A stretch of DNA of 64,000 nt, from IMG/VR virus record IMGVR_UViG_3300030616_000579, one strand, 5' to 3'. Origin of the DNA: an uncultured virus (IMG/VR IMGVR_UViG_3300030616_000579) (Duplodnaviria > Heunggongvirae > Uroviricota > Caudoviricetes). A model generated the notes under the pieces. It was not told the origin of the DNA. It saw nothing but the letters and a program-made list of their open reading frames with translations, and made no database searches. The position numbers were made by a program, and so were the translations under genes. This document shows, in pieces, positions 47,369-56,958 of the stretch (position 1 is its first letter; each line of letters begins with the position of its first letter).

Positions 47369-48560
47369 ACCACTCATCATCATCGTCATTGTTGTCGTGC
47401 TGTTCACTATCAATTGACTTTGTTTTGTGGATGAAGATATCCAGAAGGTCAGAGATTACTGTCTTATCGGTTTCACGGAACCTGTTAACAATAAGTTGCG
47501 TATCACCATCTTTCATCATATTCGCAAGGTTCTTGATACTTCGTGTTGACCAAGGCGTAAGAATCTCAGACTTTGCATAAGACTCACGAACATACTTCGT
47601 GAACTTCATGATGTCGTCTCGAACACCTGCAGACACGTTCATGTCCTTTAGAATTCTGTTTTCGACTGTTTCATTGTAATCAATGTAAAGTGTCTTGTGG
47701 AACCTATCACGGAGTGCCTCATTGATTTCGTTGGTTCCTGCATATCCCTGTTCAGTTGGGTTTGCTGTTGCAATAAGTCGGAAGTCAGGATGTGGTTTAA
47801 CTACTTCACCATCTTTTGATGCAAGAATCAGTTTTCTCTCACCATCAAGGAGTGCATTAAGAACAAACAAAATCTCACTGGGAGCTGCGTTTATCTCATC
47901 AACTGCAAGAACCCAACCGTGTCGCACCGCAGAAGTTAAAATCCCGTCAATCCAGATGGTTTCTCCATTGATTAATACATAATGTCCAACAATATCTTCA
48001 ACTGTACATGCACCGTTTAAATTAATCCTCTTGTATGGTATTTTGTTTTTTGCACAATAGTAACGAATAAGTGTTGTTTTTCCTGAACCAGTTGGGCCAA
48101 GTAACATAACGTTATCACTTAATTCCATTGCACGTTCAAAGGTTTCAACATCAGTTTTACCAGTTTCAATTTTTCTTGAAAAATACTTGAACTCTGATGG
48201 TATTAAATCAACATCGTGAACTTCCCGTTTTGGTTTAGGTTTAACAGGTTCTGGTTCTGGTGTTGGTTCAGGGGTCGATGAAGGAGTTGATGGTTGTTTA
48301 ACTTCTGCAATAACAGTAATTGCATCAACAAGGTCTTCAAAAGTATCAAACCGTCTTGTTGACCAGTTGTCACCATCAAAAGGTGCTCTCCAACTAAAAC
48401 CACCAGTCTTTACAGGACGAACATGACCCAAACGTTTTCCCCTAATGGTAACGTGAGTTCTGTTTTGGTTATCAACACGAATAGATACCCCATCAACAGT
48501 AATCTGAGGTACTACTGGTATTCCAGCATTATTTTTTTGAGTTGTGTTTTTCGTTTCCAT
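47367..48560 (-). CDS. MoxR-family AAA+ ATPase (CbbQ/NirQ/CobS-like)
   Basis: LGPTGSGKT, DGILT, AVDEIN, HPDFRLIATANP, YAGT, ALRDRF, STR. Confidence 0.92.
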   Translation of the reverse strand: METKNTTQKNNAGIPVVPQITVDGVSIRVDNQNRTHVTIRGKRLGHVRPVKTGGFSWRAPFDGDNWSTRRFDTFEDLVDAITVIAEVKQPSTPSSTPEPTPEPEPVKPKPKREVHDVDLIPSEFKYFSRKIETGKTDVETFERAMELSDNVMLLGPTGSGKTTLIRYYCAKNKIPYKRINLNGACTVEDIVGHYVLINGETIWIDGILTSAVRHGWVLAVDEINAAPSEILFVLNALLDGERKLILASKDGEVVKPHPDFRLIATANPTEQGYAGTNEINEALRDRFHKTLYIDYNETVENRILKDMNVSAGVRDDIMKFTKYVRESYAKSEILTPWSTRSIKNLANMMKDGDTQLIVNRFRETDKTVISDLLDIFIHKTKSIDSEQHDNNDDDDEW

Positions 48561-48591
48561 TCAAATCACAATTTCATAATGCTTTTAACAG

Positions 48592-48622
48592 TATATAAAT
48601 ACTTTGCTAAATTTAATATTTT
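48592..48622 (-). promoter_or_regulatory. Bipartite promoter AAAATATTAAATTT-N9-TTTATATA
   Basis: Upstream of the MoxR gene. Confidence 0.7.
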
Positions 48623-48639
48623 TCTAGCATTCTAGCAAA

Positions 48640-49146
48640 CTATGATTTTCTTGTTTTTTCCTCAAGAGATACCCTATGTCCAGTTACTTCTTCTCGCACT
48701 GGTGCTTCTCTACTCATATGTAATGCTTCTTCCTGAGTATAAGTTTTTGTATACCAGATTTTTTCCAGTATCATTTTCCAAATGGTTTTAAATTCAACTT
48801 TAAAAAAAGTACCAGATGCTTTATCCTCAAGAAAAAAATGTTTTCCTTTAACACCAATACTCTCCTCAGCAAACCCACTCACAAAATTACCAAGGTTCCC
48901 ATACGGTATCACACCCCATCCCTTTATTGGAAATGAAAATCTATACTGTCCATGTGATAATACAGCAAAGTCAAACAAATCAGTAAAGTAATCAAACTCC
49001 TCTTCGTCTTTGATGCCCTCATTGTCTTTTATTTTTTTGCGAATAAACTTCCTCAACAGACGGATACTTTTGGAGACATCATTATATGTCATCCGTTCTT
49101 GTCGTGGTTTCCATCGTTGTTTAGGCATCATCGTCATTGCTATCAT
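48640..49146 (-). CDS. Hypothetical protein
   Basis: Co-oriented, overlaps the ATPase end. Confidence 0.55.
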   Translation of the reverse strand: MIAMTMMPKQRWKPRQERMTYNDVSKSIRLLRKFIRKKIKDNEGIKDEEEFDYFTDLFDFAVLSHGQYRFSFPIKGWGVIPYGNLGNFVSGFAEESIGVKGKHFFLEDKASGTFFKVEFKTIWKMILEKIWYTKTYTQEEALHMSREAPVREEVTGHRVSLEEKTRKS

Positions 49147-49996
49147 CTATGGAATGATAATCTGGTTTTTGTAATATATGTGCTTCAATACTATATTTTG
49201 GATTAGGTTTAAAAATATCAGTAAATGTAATCAATCCAAAATCACCAAACCGTGATATATATGCATCGTTTCCATGATGTTCGTTTCCAACCAAATTATC
49301 TATAGCCTTTTGTGTTACTCGACAATGTTTATCAGCCATAGCACCAGGTAAAAAGATTCGGAACATAAACTTGTCACGTACTCTCCAATCCATATCTCGT
49401 ACTGACTGTGTGTTTGTAATAACTTTCAACATACACTTTCGGATATCTTTAGAAAACACAGAGAACTGTCCTATCTTCTTGTGCATCGCACCTGAAGTAT
49501 CACTTGGTATTACTTCACCTATTTCATCAAAATAGACATGACACCACTCTCCAACGTGCCTTAGGTGTTCAACAAACCGCATCCATTCTGTTCTATCACC
49601 AAAGAATACAACATTGATATAACCAGGTAATGCTTTATTCCATAAATCATCAAAATCATCGAAATATGTTTCCTTTAAATGTGTTTGTTCTAAATGTTTG
49701 TGTCTATCTCGAAAGACAACCTTTGACCCCTTCTTTACATAGAAACGAATCTTATCTAAGTTTTTTGTTTTGAAACACTGCAGTGGTGCATCATATGTCT
49801 CACTCAAAAACAACTTTTGGTTTGGAAACATCTGTAACGTGTACTCTATCATAAAAAACATTGCAGATGTCTTTCCTCCACCTTGAGCGCCAGTAATATA
49901 ACAGAACGCACCACCATAATCTGCTTTCTGAGATAATAGAAAATTAAGAAGTCGTTGCCCAATAATTTCTGGTTTTGACGGCATCTCAGACCTCAA
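49121..49996 (-). CDS. FtsK/HerA-superfamily (A32/Zot-like) genome packaging or morphogenesis ATPase
   Basis: ITGAQGGGKT, VYFDE, RK...ITNTQ...DWRVR. Confidence 0.7.
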   Translation of the reverse strand: MRSEMPSKPEIIGQRLLNFLLSQKADYGGAFCYITGAQGGGKTSAMFFMIEYTLQMFPNQKLFLSETYDAPLQCFKTKNLDKIRFYVKKGSKVVFRDRHKHLEQTHLKETYFDDFDDLWNKALPGYINVVFFGDRTEWMRFVEHLRHVGEWCHVYFDEIGEVIPSDTSGAMHKKIGQFSVFSKDIRKCMLKVITNTQSVRDMDWRVRDKFMFRIFLPGAMADKHCRVTQKAIDNLVGNEHHGNDAYISRFGDFGLITFTDIFKPNPKYSIEAHILQKPDYHSIDDSNDDDA

Positions 49997-50498
49997 ACTT
50001 TTCTTGTTTTGTTGGTTTTACTGAAAGATGAGGTTTCTTTTCTTCTTGAGGTTCTTCTACTATTTCAGGTTCCTCAATTTCTTTTTGTTCTGGTTGACTT
50101 GAAAAACCACCCAGGACTATATTTCGTTTCGGCATCAAATTATGTTGTTGCATAATATCGATAATTAATTCCTCATATACTTCTCGATACTCCCATAACA
50201 CAACATAACTTTCTTTGTTGAAAATAGAATCAGCATCAATCTGGTCTTTAGCGTGATTTGCTTTTTGTTTAACTCGATATAGTTCCTCTTCAAGTTCAGA
50301 ATCCATTTCGTCCTTCTCTCGCATTAACTGTTGATATGCATCAGGAACAGCACGTAAAAGAATTTCAATACTTTTAGCAATCTCATCGAAAACAGCATCG
50401 TTTCTACTTTCTCTCGTTAATTGTAATGTTTCAAATTTTGATAGTAATATATCTTCCAATGTTTTATGTGTTCTTTCTCTCTCCTCTGGTTGTGCCAT
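49986..50498 (-). CDS. Acidic helical protein
   Basis: E-rich; ends KFEV. Confidence 0.6.
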   Translation of the reverse strand: MAQPEERERTHKTLEDILLSKFETLQLTRESRNDAVFDEIAKSIEILLRAVPDAYQQLMREKDEMDSELEEELYRVKQKANHAKDQIDADSIFNKESYVVLWEYREVYEELIIDIMQQHNLMPKRNIVLGGFSSQPEQKEIEEPEIVEEPQEEKKPHLSVKPTKQEKFEV

Positions 50499-50703
50499 TT
50501 TTATTATACCTCCTTTGAATAATAAACAAAACTACTACTGATATCACAACAATAACAAACGCTGGCAATGGTTGTGCAGTTGGAACTTGTGTTTCCAGAC
50601 CACCAAAATCTGTATCCTCAACATTGACAATAATAAAAGTATACACACCAACTAATAGAGTTATAACAACATATACTATAAGGGCAATCGTTCCTACTTT
50701 CAT
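50464..50703 (-). CDS. Small two-TM protein, candidate virion membrane or coat protein
   Basis: Two hydrophobic helices, basic C-terminus. Confidence 0.55.
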   Translation of the reverse strand: MKVGTIALIVYVVITLLVGVYTFIIVNVEDTDFGGLETQVPTAQPLPAFVIVVISVVVLFIIQRRYNKNGTTRGERKNT

Positions 50704-51053
50704 CCTTTCACCGCTGTTAGATTACAAACTGTTATGTTTGTAGATATCGAAAAAGAAATCCATCCTATTCTATAACATGAATATACCGTACCAGGAAACA
50801 CAACACCAATAACAAGAATAGAAATAATCTTCAAAACTACAGATGTCATCGGTTTCTCACCAGACATTGCATCTGACATCGACCATAAGAAAACACTTAT
50901 CATAACATAGAACGCAAATATACCTACAATTACAAACGATGATAGTGTTCCTTCTACAGACATCATTTTTTCTTTTTCCTTTCCACTAAGTTTTGAACTC
51001 GTTCTGTATCTCTTTTTTTCATCTGTTTCCCTTTTTCTGCACCCTGGTTCCAC
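50700..51053 (-). CDS. Small two-TM protein (start uncertain)
   Basis: Two hydrophobic helices, NIT and NLT sequons. Confidence 0.55.
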   Translation of the reverse strand: MEPGCRKRETDEKKRYRTSSKLSGKEKEKMMSVEGTLSSFVIVGIFAFYVMISVFLWSMSDAMSGEKPMTSVVLKIISILVIGVVFPGTVYSCYRIGWISFSISTNITVCNLTAVKG

Positions 51054-51084
51054 ATTGCTTTCAAATACTCAACAACCCAACCCA

Positions 51085-51564
51085 TTAGATACCAGCCTGA
51101 AATGATTGCATTATTTGTGGCATAAAGAATATAAACAAAATTCCTAAAACAGCCATACCAACAGCAAACAAAATAATCAATATTGTTTTTGAGTTAACTT
51201 TTAGAGAACCACCGAAACGACCATATCCTTTTACTTCTTCTATCGTCCTTGCATTGTGATATCGCAGAATTGTCTTTATGTTAAAAGGACTGATTCTTAC
51301 AACATAATCCTCTATAGCATGAAGGTCAACTGGTTTCCCACCAATCAACAGTGGAAACGTTCCTTTTGGTGATGGTATCTTTTGTATCTCTTCAAGAATA
51401 GAAAGTGGTGATGTATCCATTGGTTGTTCTTCAGGTTGATAATACTCTTCTTGTGGTTGTTGATATTGCTGTTCTGGAACTGGTTCATAATACGGAAGTT
51501 CCTCTGCATATATTTCATCATAGTCTGATTGAAACCTTTTCTTTAATCTACCCAAAAACATCAC
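51085..51564 (-). CDS. Protein with C-terminal TM anchor
   Basis: Q/E/P/Y-rich N-terminus, one TM. Confidence 0.6.
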   Translation of the reverse strand: MMFLGRLKKRFQSDYDEIYAEELPYYEPVPEQQYQQPQEEYYQPEEQPMDTSPLSILEEIQKIPSPKGTFPLLIGGKPVDLHAIEDYVVRISPFNIKTILRYHNARTIEEVKGYGRFGGSLKVNSKTILIILFAVGMAVLGILFIFFMPQIMQSFQAGI

Positions 51565-52112
51565 CCTAACTCTTGTGGTCTTGCTATATATTCTTTACTT
51601 GGTATTTCCTTTCGTCCTTTGAACAATCCTTTAAACCCATTTTCTCGTGCTTCACGCAGACTTGCAAATCCCCATTTTGTCTTTAACAACCCTGTATACA
51701 AACACAAGTCAAGGTCAACAGAATGCCCTATACCTTCAGGTACAAACCGTATTGAATGGTCAAATAACTTGTAACTCTTGAAATCGTGGATTTGAGCATC
51801 AAGTTCTTTACTGTACAACTGTCCTTCAACTTCACGAATTGATGGTGTTATTTTTACTGTACCATCACGATAAACATAAAACCATATCAGGTTTCCTGGT
51901 CTTCCAAACTCCAAAATATGTCCTGCACCTGTCTTTGATGCTCTTGAATGAACCAATGATATGCCAACAAATGTTATCACCAATCCAATAAAAAACATTC
52001 CAAATCGTAGCCAGTCTGGTATGGCAAATTGTTGTTGTAAAGGCAACAATCCAACAATACCAGCCATTACAATACCAAAAAACACCATCATGTATACAAG
52101 AAAAAATATCAC
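51561..52112 (-). CDS. Two-TM protein with soluble C-terminal domain
   Basis: Overlapping start and stop with neighbours. Confidence 0.6.
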   Translation of the reverse strand: MIFFLVYMMVFFGIVMAGIVGLLPLQQQFAIPDWLRFGMFFIGLVITFVGISLVHSRASKTGAGHILEFGRPGNLIWFYVYRDGTVKITPSIREVEGQLYSKELDAQIHDFKSYKLFDHSIRFVPEGIGHSVDLDLCLYTGLLKTKWGFASLREARENGFKGLFKGRKEIPSKEYIARPQELG

Positions 52113-52561
52113 TCAATTTCCTCCCATTCTTCTCTGTCTTTTCTAAATGCTGAACCAACTCTTCCCATAATTGTCTTCTTTCGTTTCCTTGCAAGAACCC
52201 GCTGAATTGATTCCGATTTGTCAATTCCACGACCATACAACGTGTAGAACCCATCAACACTGCGACTGCACTGAATCTTCATTAACTCTTTTCCCATCAT
52301 CTGTCGTGCTTCTTCATATAATCCTATTTCTAACAACATACAGATTTCTTCAAAAGCAAGAATAAGAGGAAAAACATCCTGTCGTTTGATGTTTCCCAAA
52401 GCCATAATCTTAGAGAACATCAAATAGAACTTTTCAAAATACCGTCTCTCCTTTAATGGAATATCAGGAGATAGCATAAACTGTGTAACTGTCAGAGCTG
52501 CATCACGTTCATCAAACTCTTCAGGCGGTCTTCTTGCCTGGTAGTAGTACTCTTCACTCAT
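52109..52561 (-). CDS. Hypothetical protein
   Basis: ATGA overlap with the upstream gene. Confidence 0.6.
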   Translation of the reverse strand: MSEEYYYQARRPPEEFDERDAALTVTQFMLSPDIPLKERRYFEKFYLMFSKIMALGNIKRQDVFPLILAFEEICMLLEIGLYEEARQMMGKELMKIQCSRSVDGFYTLYGRGIDKSESIQRVLARKRKKTIMGRVGSAFRKDREEWEEIE

Positions 52562-52884
52562 TGTGTTTTAATCCTCTTTCGTTCTCGATAGTATAACAAC
52601 GATGTTGATATTGCTAACACACCAGCGAGAATTGGTAGTACTGCACGTATTGATATGTACATTGGTGTTGGTGTTAACGCTATTCCTATCAGAGCAACTG
52701 AAAAAACTATACCCATAATAGAAATAAAAAATACCAATGGTGGTACAACCTCTTTTCTAGGATACATCATCTTTAAAACAGCCTGCCTAAAAAGTTCACT
52801 TCTATTTATTTCCCTATGTTCATCCAACCAAATCTTCATCTTTCTTGGAATAGTAAGATTGATTTGTTCGGTTTCTTCTCCCAT
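52558..52884 (-). CDS. Ribbon-helix-helix domain fused to two TM helices
   Basis: QINLTIPRKMKIWLDEHREINRSELFRQAV followed by two hydrophobic helices. Confidence 0.7.
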   Translation of the reverse strand: MGEETEQINLTIPRKMKIWLDEHREINRSELFRQAVLKMMYPRKEVVPPLVFFISIMGIVFSVALIGIALTPTPMYISIRAVLPILAGVLAISTSLLYYRERKRIKTQ

Positions 52885-52894
52885 AGTTCCACCT

Positions 52895-52970
52895 CATTAT
52901 ATAATGTAACAAATCCATTATATAATCTCATACAATGGTTATATACTATAGGGAATAAGTAATATATAAA
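52895..52970 (-). promoter_or_regulatory. TATA box with downstream 21-bp-spaced operator-like repeats
   Basis: cattatataat at 52895 and 52916, ggttatatact at 52937; TTTATATA at 52963-52970. Confidence 0.5.
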
Positions 52971-52979
52971 CGTTATTAA

Positions 52980-55304
52980 TTATGTATATCCTCTAACTCG
53001 ACAGTAATATGAACCATAATTTGTCAGTCCATAGCCTGTCGGTAAGGTAAACGATACATTACTCGAATCAGATGTATAATATGAAGGATAATTATAAACA
53101 TTGATGTCATCTAAATCTACAACCAAAGATGTAAACTCAGCATCCGTTGCTATTTGTAAATTGTACCGACCTGCATCAATATTCGTCCAATTAAACGTTG
53201 GTGTCGATGTATAAATTGTTGTTTGATTACCGTTTCCTTGAATAGAAATAAATTGTATTGTTTCTCCAGTTGGTACCCAACCTCCAGACCCAGAAAAAGA
53301 TGGCATCGTTTCAGAATATGTTGTAACAAACAAAGAATCAATAGTTACATTACAATCTGAACCTGTTGTTGATGTAAACCAGAAACTCATATTACCACTA
53401 GGTATATTTGTAGTAATTTCTCTATCCAATGTTCCATTGTAATACACCTTAATACTTGTACTATTAATAACAAATGTTCTCAACTCATATTCATCCAACG
53501 TAGCATTCACCGAATCATTTGTACCGCACCAACTATCTGATACACGAGTTTTCAACTGCACATTTGTTGAATTCATTATATAAGCACATCCATTCTCTGG
53601 ATAGTAAGATGGTGTACCAGATGCATCACCAAACCCAAGTATTGCATCATTAACTGAATCATCACTTACTTTTACTTTCATATTCAAAACACACGGTATT
53701 GAAAACTGTTCCTCCGAATTTATATATTTGTTTGACCCAGATATGGTAAATTCACCATCACTATAATTCGATGTAGAACTTACACTTTCGACATCACCTT
53801 GCCAATATGGTGCAAAGAACCAATCAATCGGTACTTTCATCATACGCACTGAACTTGCCACATCAGTTTGATTTGCATAGGTAACAAGAACACAATCATC
53901 TTGTGTTAACACTGTTGTTGGATAGGACGTTCTTGAAGATTTATAAATTAAATTCCTTTCTAGACTTTTAAAAGACGTACAATCATCAACTGAGTATGTA
54001 ACGTTTAATGGTATTCGCACTGCCTGATTGTCATATGTATTGTTATGTAATAAGAAAATGATGCGGTTCGGGTTCTCGGATATTCTTTGTAAAAACTGCG
54101 GAGCCTTCCCGTTATATCTACCAGATGAAGTTGATGTTCCCCATTCCCAACCACCATCAGGTGAGAAACTATGATATATATCTAAAATTTCAGTTCTGCT
54201 ACTCTGATATATCGAACCGTTTAACAATTCAACCATTGTTGTTTCATCAGAGTCAACCCCTTCTATTTGCGGTATCAAACTTATCGTATTCCAATTTGTA
54301 CCATTGTCATCACTATAACATAAGTATGTACCCCACTCACCTGGGTCATCTCCAATATCAGCCGTTGCACCTATCAACATTGTACCATTAGACAATTTTA
54401 TAAATGGAAACACAGCACCAGAATAAGCATGAGGAATATTCAAGTCTTCTCCTCCATCCCAAGTAGTTCCATTATCATAACTTGCATATACATAACACGG
54501 GGAGTTATCTCTTGAATGCCAGTTTAAACACCCAGATAACAATGTACCATTGTCTGAAACACACAGAGAACTAGACAAAATAGACCACGTTCCTTGAACA
54601 CCGATTGGATGTGTTTGTACTGGGTCTGTCCATGTTGTTCCATTATCAAATGAATAGGTATGATATGCTCTATAATTTCCATTATTTCTTGGTGCAACAC
54701 CAGAATTGTACATAATAATAGCAGTACCATTTTGAAGTGTTGTACTTGCAGTTCCAGCTGCATATGGTCTACCAGCACTATTATTAGAAATCTGTATATC
54801 ATAAAATGTTGCTGTTGAATTTACAAAATAATATCCATATGTGTCACTGAATGGAAATACAGCTTCTGCACTACTGTTCAATGATGCATTTTCATTACCA
54901 GTAAAAAGATAAATAGTTGAATAATTGTTTGTTGTTGTATTTATCCAATATGTAGCAAGTGTTGTACTGTTTTCTTGCAACCATTGAGGTAATTGTTCAC
55001 CTTCCGTTGCATTGTTTGATGAACAAAACCTGATGTCATTTGGAAAGTCCTCAGAATAATCATTCAAATAGAACGTTCCATTTTCTGCATCATCTATTCC
55101 ATTTCCCTTATATAAATTGACTTTCATTTGATGGCACTCAAGTGAGTTTGATATAGAAATTGATTTATAATATTGCCATCCTGTCGATTCCTCCAACTCA
55201 GCACGAATGTTGATATTATAATTTAAAACACTCACGCCCATCACTAGTGATACTACAACTATTATCACGAATATACTTACTTTCTTTCCTTCCATTTTTT
55301 CCAC
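52980..55304 (-). CDS. Membrane-anchored glycoprotein: DUF2341-like domain with Asp-box (BNR/sialidase-like) propeller
   Basis: GWQYYKSI...DFPNDIRF...LPQW; Asp boxes SFDNGTTW, SYDNGTTW, SDDNGTNW, SPDGGWEW; dense N-x-S/T. Confidence 0.8.
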   Translation of the reverse strand: MEKMEGKKVSIFVIIVVVSLVMGVSVLNYNINIRAELEESTGWQYYKSISISNSLECHQMKVNLYKGNGIDDAENGTFYLNDYSEDFPNDIRFCSSNNATEGEQLPQWLQENSTTLATYWINTTTNNYSTIYLFTGNENASLNSSAEAVFPFSDTYGYYFVNSTATFYDIQISNNSAGRPYAAGTASTTLQNGTAIIMYNSGVAPRNNGNYRAYHTYSFDNGTTWTDPVQTHPIGVQGTWSILSSSLCVSDNGTLLSGCLNWHSRDNSPCYVYASYDNGTTWDGGEDLNIPHAYSGAVFPFIKLSNGTMLIGATADIGDDPGEWGTYLCYSDDNGTNWNTISLIPQIEGVDSDETTMVELLNGSIYQSSRTEILDIYHSFSPDGGWEWGTSTSSGRYNGKAPQFLQRISENPNRIIFLLHNNTYDNQAVRIPLNVTYSVDDCTSFKSLERNLIYKSSRTSYPTTVLTQDDCVLVTYANQTDVASSVRMMKVPIDWFFAPYWQGDVESVSSTSNYSDGEFTISGSNKYINSEEQFSIPCVLNMKVKVSDDSVNDAILGFGDASGTPSYYPENGCAYIMNSTNVQLKTRVSDSWCGTNDSVNATLDEYELRTFVINSTSIKVYYNGTLDREITTNIPSGNMSFWFTSTTGSDCNVTIDSLFVTTYSETMPSFSGSGGWVPTGETIQFISIQGNGNQTTIYTSTPTFNWTNIDAGRYNLQIATDAEFTSLVVDLDDINVYNYPSYYTSDSSNVSFTLPTGYGLTNYGSYYCRVRGYT

Positions 55305-55685
55305 CTATAAAAAATGCATTCCTTCAAATGGTAATTCCCGTGAATCATCGTACCATTCATAGGACAATGATTCTTGGCCCCATTCTTTCTTTTTTCTCTG
55401 TAAATATCGTTTTAATACCATATCGTTTTTGTTCCACTTTCTTTGAGTAGTAAACGATTCTACTTGTAAAACACCATCACGAATAACTCTTTTTTTATGT
55501 TTCCACGTTCCTTGTGAACTAACTTTTGTTGTTCCACCAAACAGTTTTCTTAACTCTGTTTCTACTTCTCGTGCTCGTTTTTTATGTTCTCGTTTTGATA
55601 TCTTCTTTGAAATACCAGTTGTATCTGGTACATAAACAACAATATGAACTGATAATCCTCTTTTTACTGGCCAATCATGTGTCAT
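55305..55685 (-). CDS. Basic hypothetical protein (DUF3574-like fold possible)
   Basis: LFGGTT...QGTW...GQESL. Confidence 0.55.
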   Translation of the reverse strand: MTHDWPVKRGLSVHIVVYVPDTTGISKKISKREHKKRAREVETELRKLFGGTTKVSSQGTWKHKKRVIRDGVLQVESFTTQRKWNKNDMVLKRYLQRKKKEWGQESLSYEWYDDSRELPFEGMHFL

Positions 55686-55790
55686 TTACCAATCTCCACA
55701 TACAGGACAATATGTAAATGATTCATGTTCTCCATCATCGATTGTTTTCATTACACTCCCACAATTTGAACAAATTTTTGATTTTTGCAT
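55686..55790 (-). CDS. Zinc-ribbon microprotein (34 aa, not in ORF track)
   Basis: MQKSKICSNCGSVMKTIDDGEHESFTYCPVCGDW. Confidence 0.6.
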   Translation of the reverse strand: MQKSKICSNCGSVMKTIDDGEHESFTYCPVCGDW

Positions 55791-56035
55791 TATTCCAATC
55801 CGCCTATAGTGTTACCCCAATAGTCTTTTGTTTTTTTCCTCGATGGAACAACATACCCTGCATTTATCAAAGCATTTGCTGTACGTCCATAATGTCCTTG
55901 TAAATGCCACGCTTGTCCTGTATCTACAAGGTGTTGGAATAATTTTATTATTCCTTTTTTGTCTAACTGGCCTGTTTCGTATGCAATAATATTTGATGTT
56001 AAATCATACGGTTTTGGCACCTTTACTTTTTTCAT
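55790..56035 (-). CDS. Small phage-type hypothetical protein
   Basis: FQHLVDTGQAWHLQGHYGRTA pattern, recalled from viral hypothetical proteins. Confidence 0.6.
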   Translation of the reverse strand: MKKVKVPKPYDLTSNIIAYETGQLDKKGIIKLFQHLVDTGQAWHLQGHYGRTANALINAGYVVPSRKKTKDYWGNTIGGLE

Positions 56036-56238
56036 TTTCTCATCCTCTCCATATTTTTTCCAGTATAGATAAACAATTTAGACTTATGGAATTCCGACTT
56101 TAGTATTTTTTCATATTTGTTTCCACATTTCGGACACTTTTTAGACATCGGACTTTTTCTATTGTAAACATGCTTACATTTCAAGCAAATTACCGTATGG
56201 TGTGGATATGGTTCCTGGATTGAGTCGTACATTCTCAT
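56032..56238 (-). CDS. Zinc-ribbon protein
   Basis: CLKC...CPKCG. Confidence 0.6.
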   Translation of the reverse strand: MRMYDSIQEPYPHHTVICLKCKHVYNRKSPMSKKCPKCGNKYEKILKSEFHKSKLFIYTGKNMERMRK

Positions 56239-56906
56239 TTAAATGCTCTGCTTATAAATTTTTGAATAATAACAGGATGTGGTCTATCTGCTTCAAGATA
56301 TAATTCTTCTTGTTGTTCTGGTGTTTTTCGCATTTTAATTCGTGGAAGTGTTCGTTCAATCACTAAAAACGTTGGTCGTGGTTCAGTTGTTAACGCCTTT
56401 GACATTGTTCGTGCTTGTTCAACAGTTGGTCTATGTACCATCTGTGCATACATTCCTCTTCCACGTGTCTTTCTATACCTGATTGCACCTTCACGTTCAA
56501 AATCTCTAATTGCAGCTTTACCATGTAACCCTGTTGCCTGTCCTACTTCCCAGTGGGCTATCTGTCTGTCTGATGTTGTTTCAGGTCTTCGTGGGTCATC
56601 ATAGAGTTCATCGAGTTTCTCTTCAGAGAAATCTAACATTTCACCACTAGGTAAAATCCATCCACCTTTATGTGGGTCAGTAGTAACACCAAATTTTTTT
56701 CGAGCCCGTTCAATGTCTCCTTCTCTGTGAAACCGTGGATTAAATATTCTACAATCACGAAAGTTTGGAACACCATCATGGTCAATATCACTGGTGTCTA
56801 GTTTTTTAAAATCAACTGTCCAACTAACAAAACGATTTTTTCTACTAGGAAACCTCTTTCGTTTTGGTATCTTGATTATTGGTTTTGAATATATATTTTT
56901 ATACAT
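56235..56906 (-). CDS. Basic protein with DxDxDG motif and a domain resembling phage polyvalent-protein domains
   Basis: DIDHDGVPNFRDC; FGVTTD...GWILPSGEMLDFS...HWEV; start at ATG 56906 below a TATA box. Confidence 0.6.
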   Translation of the reverse strand: MYKNIYSKPIIKIPKRKRFPSRKNRFVSWTVDFKKLDTSDIDHDGVPNFRDCRIFNPRFHREGDIERARKKFGVTTDPHKGGWILPSGEMLDFSEEKLDELYDDPRRPETTSDRQIAHWEVGQATGLHGKAAIRDFEREGAIRYRKTRGRGMYAQMVHRPTVEQARTMSKALTTEPRPTFLVIERTLPRIKMRKTPEQQEELYLEADRPHPVIIQKFISRAFK

Positions 56907-56927
56907 GATATTTAATCTCACCAATTT

Positions 56928-56958
56928 TATTTAAAGATTTGTGAAATTTTAATATTTT
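56928..56958 (-). promoter_or_regulatory. Bipartite promoter variant AAAATATTAAAATT-N9-TTTAAATA
   Basis: Same spacing as the other copies. Confidence 0.55.

Noticed and set aside
49121..49996. Terminase large subunit
   Set aside because: Too short, no nuclease domain; TQ...D..R pattern is FtsK/HerA-like
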